This document shows positions 1 through 6,282 of a DNA stretch of 11,157 bases, in pieces. Position numbers and translations under genes: made by a program. The notes under the pieces are model-generated. The model was not told where the DNA came from and did no database searches. It saw only the letters and a program-made list of their open reading frames with translations. The stretch comes from Candidatus Iainarchaeum sp. (GTDB lineage Archaea; Iainarchaeota; Iainarchaeia; Iainarchaeales; 0-14-0-20-30-16): the NCBI GenBank assembly GCA_028710695.1, contig JAQTTP010000012.1, positions 1-11,157 of the forward strand. The letters are read 5' to 3'. Every line of letters starts with the position of its first letter. Position 1 is the stretch's first letter.

Positions 1-1237
1 CCATTATTAATAATGCTGATTCGGTCGGTAACCCCATAATACTATACTCTCTATCCACACCCATTCGTTCTATCTTTGAATCATTACAAATAATAGCCGT
101 TTTGAATAATAATTTTAAATTTGGACTTTTAGATACATTTATTTTTTTACCATCGCACAAAAAGTCTCCAGTAGCTTCATAGCCAGCCCCGCCAACATCA
201 ATCAAATTACCTTCCGAAAATATTTTTTTTACAGTCATTTCACCTTTGGTTACAGTTCCAGTTTTATCCGTACAAATAATTGTGGTCTCGCCAAGAGTTT
301 CTATTATAGACATCCTATTAACTATTGCATTTTTTTTTGCCATTCTGTAGGCTCCAGAAGCAAGAGTTGTTATTAACACAACAGGAAATCCCTCTGGAAA
401 CGCAGAAACAGATAAAGCAATTACTACTATTAAAACATCCATTAAAAGGCCATAGGAAAACGGAAGACCTCTAATTAGCATTACAAGCCCAGTTAAAACA
501 GAAACAAAAATCGCAATAAATACCATGTACTTTGAAATTTTGTTAATATTATTCTGCAAAGGCAATTCTTTCTCCGCAGTTGAGATCATACCCGCAATCT
601 TTCCAAATTGAGTATTCATACCTATATGAATTACTTTTGCCAGGCTTCTACCGTTGACCACAAAAGTACCCATAAAAAGAACATTTTCGTCAGTATAACT
701 CTTAACGTCAGCTGCAACAGACTTTTTTATTTCTTTAGATTCTCCAGTCAAAACTGCTTCATTTACCTTCAATTCTTTCTCTTCTAATATAACACAATCT
801 GCAGGCACTTTTTCGCCACTTCTCAAAATAATTATATCTCCTGGCACAATTTCTCTTGCGGGAATTTCTTTTTCCTTACCGTCTCTAATAACAATTGAAA
901 TTGGCACAATCATTTGTTTTAGGGCTTTAATAGCTTTCTCTGCACGATATTCTTGTACAAAGCCAACAAATATTACTATTATTATAATACCAAAAATTAC
1001 ATATCCAGTAAATAATTTTCCTACAAAAAAGGAAATTATCATTGCAATAAACAATAAATATACTACAAAATTTTTTTTTATCTGCCTTAAAAGAATTCGT
1101 AATAATGATTTATGAGTCAGATCTTTGATTTCATTATACCCATATTCTCTTATTTTTTCATATGCTTCTTTTTGTGTTAATCCTTTTGCTTCAACCACCA
1201 TAATATAAGCCCGTTTTTGTATTATAAACTTTCCCAT
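1..1237 (-). CDS. P-type (P2-like) cation-transporting ATPase, N-terminal part; continues past the left window edge
   Basis: Translated by hand on the minus strand. ATG at 1237..1235 (alternative ATG at 1201). Frame contains ...VNEAVLTGES..., ...SAFPEGFPVVLITTLASGAYRMAKKNAIVNR..., ICTDKTGTVTKGEM (D of DKTGT at 268..266) and ends in ...GLPTESALLIM at the edge. These are the actuator, PEG(L/F)P and phosphorylation motifs of P-type ATPases. No stop before the edge, so the ORF track omits it. Confidence 0.93.
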   Translation of the reverse strand, partial: MGKFIIQKRAYIMVVEAKGLTQKEAYEKIREYGYNEIKDLTHKSLLRILLRQIKKNFVVYLLFIAMIISFFVGKLFTGYVIFGIIIIVIFVGFVQEYRAEKAIKALKQMIVPISIVIRDGKEKEIPAREIVPGDIIILRSGEKVPADCVILEEKELKVNEAVLTGESKEIKKSVAADVKSYTDENVLFMGTFVVNGRSLAKVIHIGMNTQFGKIAGMISTAEKELPLQNNINKISKYMVFIAIFVSVLTGLVMLIRGLPFSYGLLMDVLIVVIALSVSAFPEGFPVVLITTLASGAYRMAKKNAIVNRMSIIETLGETTIICTDKTGTVTKGEMTVKKIFSEGNLIDVGGAGYEATGDFLCDGKKINVSKSPNLKLLFKTAIICNDSKIERMGVDREYSIMGLPTESALLIM

Positions 1238-1239
1238 TT

Positions 1240-1875
1240 TTAAGGCTCTTTTTTACTAGCAGAAAAAAATATTTCATTATAAACAATACATTTTTTGAAT
1301 CTCTTATGAACCACAACTGAAAAATCTTTTCCAAACAGATCTAAATACTGCTTTTCGTATCTAATATACTTTCCGTCATCAAATAAAGTCATAATCCAGT
1401 TATTAAATCTGGTTTCTTTACAGAAAACTGGCTCGATTATTATGATTCTGCCTTTTGGTTTTAAAACTTTTTTAAAATCTTTCAGATATTTTTTAAAAAG
1501 AGAATCAGAGATATGATGAATTGTTGCAGATATAAAAATTATATCAAATTGTTTTTTTTCTGAAGACAATGAATCTGTTTTCAAAACTTTGAACTTGTAT
1601 CCAGGATATAATTTCTTTGCTAATGCAATTCTACCCGAGTCAACATCGAAACCAAGATATTTCGTTGGATCAAACAGTTTTGCATTAGAACCTGTGCCAC
1701 ACCCAAAATCAAGCACAGACTTATTATCCAAAATAAATTCTTTTTCAACTGTTTTTTTCAAAGCAGAAGTTAAGAACTTAGGGCGAACAAGTTTTTCATA
1801 AAAAAATGGATTTAAATGCATAATCTTCACATCCGACCCAGTTATATTTCCAATAATCACATTGCTTAATTCCAC
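1240..1875 (-). CDS. Class I SAM-dependent methyltransferase
   Basis: Motif I VLDFGCGTGSNAKLF, then YLGFDVD, FDIIFISATIHHI and LKPKGRIIIIEP. Start is GTG at 1875; an internal ATG at 1821 (MHLNPFF...) is an alternative. Stop is 2 nt before the ATPase start. Confidence 0.85.
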   Translation of the reverse strand: MELSNVIIGNITGSDVKIMHLNPFFYEKLVRPKFLTSALKKTVEKEFILDNKSVLDFGCGTGSNAKLFDPTKYLGFDVDSGRIALAKKLYPGYKFKVLKTDSLSSEKKQFDIIFISATIHHISDSLFKKYLKDFKKVLKPKGRIIIIEPVFCKETRFNNWIMTLFDDGKYIRYEKQYLDLFGKDFSVVVHKRFKKCIVYNEIFFSASKKEP

Positions 1876-1893
1876 TTACACAGCAAATTATAT

Positions 1894-2385
1894 TTATTTT
1901 ATTGGTTTAATCATATCAACCATTCTATCATGATAGCCCAGTTTTTTATAAAAACTATGGGCCCCCTGATTGGGAACAAAGACCTCTACTCTTAAGGTAT
2001 CACATTTTTTTTCTTTAAAATAATCTTCCATTTTCGTCATAAGTTTCTTGCCAATATCATGCCCCCTATAATCCCCAGAAACAAAGAGTTCAAGGATTCG
2101 TCCGATTTTTGAAGGAATACATTCAAGCAGATCATCTTTAGTATGTTTTTCTATTATTCCTGCTATACAGCCAATAATTTTTTTCTTATCATAAGCCAGA
2201 ATAATCCGCCCATTTCCTTTGTTTATTTTTTTTATTAGGTTGTTTGTATAAAATTCACCTTTGTTTTTTAATCTATGAAGCCGTTTTAGAGGATCAATAA
2301 CCACAACATAATCTTGCAATCTTTCCATACACAAAGCAAGATCTTTAAAGTCTGTTTCCTTATATTCTTTAAATATAATTTCCAT
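1894..2385 (-). CDS. GNAT-family N-acetyltransferase
   Basis: RILELFVSGDYRGHDIGKKLMTKMEDYFKEKKCDTLRVEVFVPNQGAHSFYKKLGYHD matches the GNAT acetyl-CoA-binding core and FYKKLGY end motif. Confidence 0.88.
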   Translation of the reverse strand: MEIIFKEYKETDFKDLALCMERLQDYVVVIDPLKRLHRLKNKGEFYTNNLIKKINKGNGRIILAYDKKKIIGCIAGIIEKHTKDDLLECIPSKIGRILELFVSGDYRGHDIGKKLMTKMEDYFKEKKCDTLRVEVFVPNQGAHSFYKKLGYHDRMVDMIKPIK

Positions 2386-2438
2386 AATTCAATAAATAGC
2401 ACCAAATTATTTAAATAAACCTTTTCTTTAGATATATT

Positions 2439-2879
2439 ATGGAAATTGTAAGAGAATTCATCTCAACTGTGTTTGTAGTAAAAAACGCAAAAGTCTTAAT
2501 GACTTGGAACAAGAAAGTCAGCAATTGGATTCCTATTGGCGGACATATTGAACAAAATGAACTCCCCTGTAATTCAGTTATTCGAGAAGCAAAGGAAGAA
2601 TCCGGCCTAGATATAGAACTTATTCACCCTTCTAGCAAAGCAGAAACTGCAAACCTAGTTCAGCCAATCCACGTTCATCTAGATCACATAAAAGAAGACC
2701 ACAAACACATAAATCTTATTTATTTTGGCACAGTCAAAGGCGGGGAATGTTTTGAGATCGACGACGAGGGCAAAGAGTTGAAATGGTTTTCTAAAGAAGA
2801 TCTAGAAAAAGAGAGCTTATTGCCAAATGTAAAAGAATGGGCTACAGAAGCATTAAAACATTTGGGAGATAAATACTAA
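2439..2879 (+). CDS. Nudix hydrolase
   Basis: Exact Nudix box GX5EX7REUXEEXGU: G-HIEQN-E-LPCNSVI-RE-A-K-EE-S-G-L. Confidence 0.92.
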   Translation: MEIVREFISTVFVVKNAKVLMTWNKKVSNWIPIGGHIEQNELPCNSVIREAKEESGLDIELIHPSSKAETANLVQPIHVHLDHIKEDHKHINLIYFGTVKGGECFEIDDEGKELKWFSKEDLEKESLLPNVKEWATEALKHLGDKY

Positions 2880-3320
2880 TCACTTTCTATATCCACTAAC
2901 ATCTCTTCCAGACTCTTTAGGACCATAGCCTTTGGGCATGAGCTTCTTTATTGATGTCTCTTCTACTATCTTTCCTTTCTCGTTAACGCAAATAATCTTT
3001 ATATCTTTCTGCCCAACTTCAGAAAACTCAAAAAGCATTTGCTGGCATGCTCCACAAGGCCTTGCTCCTTTTGCAGAAGGGAATGCAACTGCAATAGCCT
3101 CAAAGCAATATTCACCGTGTGCAACTGCATTATAAATCGAACAAATCTCTGCACAAGACCCAAGCCCAGATATTACACTCTGAACATTAGCACCTTGGTA
3201 AATATTTCCTTTCTGAGTAAGCAATGCAGCACCAACCCCTTTTTTCGAAACTGGGTGGTAAGCATAATGTATTGCTTTCATAGCAGATTTAATTAATTTT
3301 TCTTTAGTAACTTTATCCAT
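2880..3320 (-). CDS. cdd: Cytidine deaminase
   Basis: SCAEICSIYNAV and RPCGACQQMLFEF zinc-binding/catalytic motifs (CAE, PCxxC); length (146 aa) typical of homotetrameric CDAs. Confidence 0.9.
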   Translation of the reverse strand: MDKVTKEKLIKSAMKAIHYAYHPVSKKGVGAALLTQKGNIYQGANVQSVISGLGSCAEICSIYNAVAHGEYCFEAIAVAFPSAKGARPCGACQQMLFEFSEVGQKDIKIICVNEKGKIVEETSIKKLMPKGYGPKESGRDVSGYRK

Positions 3321-3370
3321 GTATAAGTAACAAAGAGAGGCTTTTTATTATTTTAGGATTTTATAATAGC

Positions 3371-4174
3371 ATGAAACAAGTAATTAAAGCATCGGGGAAT
3401 TTAGAAAACTTTAATTCAGAAAAGATTTACAACACTATTTTTGAAAGTGGGGCCTCAAAAGAATTGGCAACAGAAACTATAAAGCTAGTACAAAACAAAT
3501 ACTACAAAGAAATCACAACAAAAGAAATCCTAAACCTAATCTTAGAAAACTTAAAGAAAGAACCAGGTGTATCACAAAGGTACAACCTAAAACAAGCAAT
3601 AATGGATTTAGGGCCTTCAGGATTTCCTTTCGAACAATACTTTGCAAGAATTTTAGATAACTACGGCTACGAAACTAAAGTAGATAATTTCATCAAGGGA
3701 AAAAGAATTATTCACGAGGTAGATATAATTGCAAAGAAACAAGGAAAGTCCTACATGGTAGAATGCAAATACCATAATGAGACCGGAATACAGACAAGAT
3801 TACACCCTGCAATGTATACTTACGCACGATTCTTAGACGTCAAAAAATTTGATATTCCTTGGCTAGCAACAAACACAAAATGTGTAGATGATGCTGTAGA
3901 ATATGCAAAAGGGGTAAACATGAAAATAACTTCTTGGAATTATCCAAAAACAGAATCTTTAAGACTTTTAATTGAGAACAAAAGCCTATATCCCATAACA
4001 AGTATTAATTCTATTAGTAGTAAGACAAAGGAAAAATTGTTTAGCAATAATATTATATTATCCATAGACTTACTAAAGTATACAAAAAAACAGATAATAA
4101 AACAGACTGGACTAAGTGAGTTTGAAGTAAATAATATTATAAAAGAAATTAAGGAAGTCTGCAAGCTAAACTAA
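3371..4174 (+). CDS. Putative ATP-cone domain / restriction-endonuclease-like (Mrr-like) / helix-hairpin-helix protein
   Basis: N-terminus KQVIKASGNLENFNSEKIYNTIFESGASKELATETIKLVQNK...ITTKEI resembles an ATP-cone. Middle HEVDIIAKKQGKSYMVECKYH fits the D-(E/Q)xK nuclease core. C-terminus YPITSINSISSKTKEKLFSNNIILSIDLLKYTKKQIIKQTGLSEFEVNNIIKEI resembles tandem HhH. Confidence 0.72.
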   Translation: MKQVIKASGNLENFNSEKIYNTIFESGASKELATETIKLVQNKYYKEITTKEILNLILENLKKEPGVSQRYNLKQAIMDLGPSGFPFEQYFARILDNYGYETKVDNFIKGKRIIHEVDIIAKKQGKSYMVECKYHNETGIQTRLHPAMYTYARFLDVKKFDIPWLATNTKCVDDAVEYAKGVNMKITSWNYPKTESLRLLIENKSLYPITSINSISSKTKEKLFSNNIILSIDLLKYTKKQIIKQTGLSEFEVNNIIKEIKEVCKLN

Positions 4175-4434
4175 TATAAGATTTCAAACAACCTAAAGGG
4201 CTTGTCAACTCTTTCTTTGACCATAATATCTGTTACTTCTGCACCAGGTGGGCCTTTCTTCAAATATTCAACAAATCTGTCCAATAAATTTGCAGAGCCA
4301 ACAGCACAGATCTCAAGCTTTCCATTCTCAAGATTTTTTGCATATCCATGTATTCCAAAAGTGTCTGCCTTATCTTTTGCAAACTTTCTAAATAAGACTC
4401 CTTGAACTTTCCCAGAAACTAATATGTAATACAT
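4171..4434 (-). CDS. acyP: Acylphosphatase
   Basis: MYYILVSGKVQGVLFRKFAKDKADTFGIHGYAKNLENGKLEICAVG matches GxVQGVxFR and GxVxN-type acylphosphatase motifs. The track start at 4473 adds 13 aa that overlap the upstream gene; ATG at 4434 is preferred. Confidence 0.9.
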   Translation of the reverse strand: MYYILVSGKVQGVLFRKFAKDKADTFGIHGYAKNLENGKLEICAVGSANLLDRFVEYLKKGPPGAEVTDIMVKERVDKPFRLFEILY

Positions 4435-4453
4435 TCCATCAACCACCAAAAAT

Positions 4454-4783
4454 TTAGAACACCTTACTTCCAAGCTTTATATCCTTATCAGGAACAAGAA
4501 CAGCCACTACACCTTCGCCTTCAGCAGCAAGAAGCATTCCTTGGCTTTCTAGGCTTCCCATTCTTTTAGGCTCAAGATTATTAATAATAATCACATAATG
4601 CCCTAGAAGTTCTTCCTTTTTGTAGTTCAATTTCAATCCTGCAAAAAGTTGTTTTTTACCAAGTTCCCCAAGATCCACCTCTAGTTTGTAAATCTTATCT
4701 TTCCCTGGAATATCTTCAACCAAAGCAATCTTTCCAACTCTAAAGTCTATCTTTGCAAAGTCATCATATTTTATTTGATCCAT
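4454..4783 (-). CDS. Methionyl-tRNA synthetase beta-like / EMAP-II-type tRNA-binding (OB-fold) protein
   Basis: DFAKIDFRVGKIALVEDIPGKDKIYKLEVDLGELGKKQLFAGLK...LLGHYVIIINNLEPKRMGSLESQGMLLAA is characteristic of the MetRS C-terminal tRNA-binding domain. Confidence 0.92.
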   Translation of the reverse strand: MDQIKYDDFAKIDFRVGKIALVEDIPGKDKIYKLEVDLGELGKKQLFAGLKLNYKKEELLGHYVIIINNLEPKRMGSLESQGMLLAAEGEGVVAVLVPDKDIKLGSKVF

Positions 4784-4859
4784 GCCATCCCCTAAAAAAT
4801 CTAATAATAAACAAAAACCGAGGAAATATATAAATATGTTTTGAGTCTAAAAGTTAATT

Positions 4860-5120
4860 ATGGCTTTAAAAGACTTTAACGAGACCTTAAAAGGTGGAGT
4901 AGACAAGTTATTCGGATTACTCGGAAAAACAACATCTATACTAATAGCATCTTTATTCCTGATCTTCAGCCTAGGATCCCTGTATGGTTTTTATATTGCC
5001 CACAGCACAGACAAAATAATCTTACTTATAATCCCTCCAGTGTTGGGTGTAATTGCATATTATTCAAGAGGATTTGCAGTAGCTATTGCAGTAATCTTGC
5101 TGTTGATTTTAATAGTTTAA
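4860..5120 (+). CDS. Small hypothetical membrane protein (86 aa)
   Basis: ORF with hydrophobic segments SILIASLFLIFSLGSLYGFYI and IILLIIPPVLGVIAYYSRGFAVAIAVILLLILIV; AT-rich TATA-like sequence about 30 nt upstream. Confidence 0.7.
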   Translation: MALKDFNETLKGGVDKLFGLLGKTTSILIASLFLIFSLGSLYGFYIAHSTDKIILLIIPPVLGVIAYYSRGFAVAIAVILLLILIV

Positions 5121-5153
5121 AATTAAACAAATAAGGACCAAAGTTTAACCTGT

Positions 5154-5178
5154 TACTTTTTGTATCGGTACTTTTTGT
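5154..5178 (+). terminator. Possible T-tract termination region downstream of the 86-aa membrane-protein gene
   Basis: Direct repeat TACTTTTTGT at 5154-5163 and 5169-5178, each with a T5 tract, just after the stop at 5120 in a convergent intergenic region. Archaeal terminators are often T-rich. Confidence 0.3.
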
Positions 5179-5222
5179 CTTTTCTTTAGCTTTTCTTTTA
5201 CCTAACTAATGCTGTCCTTGGC

Positions 5223-5621
5223 CTACTTGCCAAATCCTTTTCTTATCTTCTCCGCAATCTTCTCAAGCTCTTTGTTGTCCATTGGCTTTGCATTATTTGG
5301 ATTTAATTCATAGCCACGGTTTATTGGCACCAAGTGGATATGTGCATGTGGAACCCCAAATCCTTCAACTGCAACACCAACTCTTTTTGGACCAAGAGCG
5401 AATTTTATTGCTTTTGCAACTTTCTTTGCTTCCAAAAATAGTTCTTTGTAGTCTTTGTCTTCTAAATCAAAAATATAATCTACATGCTTCTTAAGAATCA
5501 CAAGGATATGCCCAGGGTTGATAGGATTTATATCCAAAAAAGCAATTGCTTTATCTGATTCATATACCTTAGCACAAGGGATTTCGCCCTTCACAAATTT
5601 ACAAAAAAGACAGTTCTCCAT
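5223..5621 (-). CDS. HIT-family (histidine triad) hydrolase
   Basis: CLFCKFVKGEIPCAKVYESDKAIAFLDINPINPGHILVILKKH and HAHIHLVP (HxHxHxx triad). Confidence 0.95.
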   Translation of the reverse strand: MENCLFCKFVKGEIPCAKVYESDKAIAFLDINPINPGHILVILKKHVDYIFDLEDKDYKELFLEAKKVAKAIKFALGPKRVGVAVEGFGVPHAHIHLVPINRGYELNPNNAKPMDNKELEKIAEKIRKGFGK

Positions 5622-5639
5622 AATAATAGAAAAAGGGAT

Positions 5640-5672
5640 TAAGTTTATATAGATTGGGCATTATTTATATAC
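5640..5672. promoter_or_regulatory. Putative divergent archaeal promoter region
   Basis: TATA-like gtttatata (5643-5651) is about 26 nt from the HIT start at 5621 on the minus strand, consistent with a leaderless transcript. It and ttatttatatac (5661-5672) lie upstream of the plus-strand ATG at 5686. Confidence 0.45.
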
Positions 5673-5685
5673 ATTAAAGGGTGTT

Positions 5686-5829
5686 ATGATGGATGATGTT
5701 GGACTATTTATGATTGGAATCGGGGTTGGACTATACATTCCAAATCTGCCAGAACCAATTACTATTCTACAGCCCTTCCTAGGATTAATCTTTGTAATAA
5801 TAGGAATTCTATTGATGTTAAGAAAATAA
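5686..5829 (+). CDS. 47-aa putative membrane microprotein (not in ORF track)
   Basis: Hand translation MMDDVGLFMIGIGVGLYIPNLPEPITILQPFLGLIFVIIGILLMLRK*; preceded by TATA-like sequences and a purine-rich aaaggg near the ATG; one strong C-terminal hydrophobic helix. Confidence 0.5.
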   Translation: MMDDVGLFMIGIGVGLYIPNLPEPITILQPFLGLIFVIIGILLMLRK

Positions 5830-5868
5830 GAAATAGTTTTCCGTTATGGACTGGGACGAAAGAAAGAA

Positions 5869-6282
5869 TTACTTTTTCTTTTTTTGTATAGGCTTGGCTT
5901 TCTTAACAAGTTTTTTAAGACTTTTTAAGAAGCTTTTCTTTTTAGGCACTATCGTTTTTACAACTTTCTTAGGTGCTTTCTTTACCACTTTTTTTACCTT
6001 TGCTTTTGCTTTGACTTTTGGTTTTGCAATTACTTTCTTTTTCAATACTTTTTTCACAACCTTTTTTGGCTTAGCAACCGCCTTTACCTTCTTTTTAGGT
6101 ATTACTTTCTTCTTTACTGCCTTTGCTTTAAGTTTCTTTACCGCCGTTTTCACTTTTGCCTTATTTTGGGGACTTTTAACTTTTGGTTTAGTCTCTACTT
6201 TTGTCTCTTTCTTTACCTCTTGCTTTGGTTCTTTTTTTACTTCTGCCTTCTTAGGTTCTACTTTCTTCTCAGGTTTAGGTAC
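5869..6282 (-). other. Region encoding the 137-aa lysine/valine/alanine/proline-rich MetRS tail
   Basis: Translation VPKPEKKVEPKKAEVKKEPK...KKVVKKVLKKKVIAKPKVKAKAKVKKVVKKAPKKVVKTIVPKKKSFLKSLKKLVKKAKPIQKKKK; hand count is about 61 Lys in 137 residues. Confidence 0.9.

Noticed and set aside
1589-1801. 70-aa plus-strand ORF
   Set aside because: Antisense to methyltransferase motif I region; no independent support.
2932-3296. Plus-strand ORFs with several Cys opposite cytidine deaminase
   Set aside because: Shadow ORFs of a well-supported cdd gene.
3940-4164. Minus-strand 74-aa hydrophobic ORF opposite the HhH region
   Set aside because: Antisense of a Lys/Asn/Ile-rich coding region; hydrophobicity is expected from composition.
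4434-4473. N-terminal extension MEVRCSKFLVVDG on the acylphosphatase
   Set aside because: Overlaps the end of the upstream MetRS-beta gene, and the conserved protein begins at MYYILVSGKVQG.
5121-5222. Open reading continuing in frame after the HIT stop (AKDSIS-TAG-VKEKLKKRQKVPIQKVTG-TAA), suggesting UAG readthrough or pyrrolysine
   Set aside because: The HIT protein already ends at a normal position, two UAGs would need reading through, and UAG is used as an ordinary stop by several genes here (8053, 9633, 4171).
5869-6282. Lysine-rich low-complexity DNA considered as a tandem repeat or CRISPR-like array
   Set aside because: Repeated K/V/A/P codons without fixed period or spacer structure; best explained as a coding tail in the MetRS frame.
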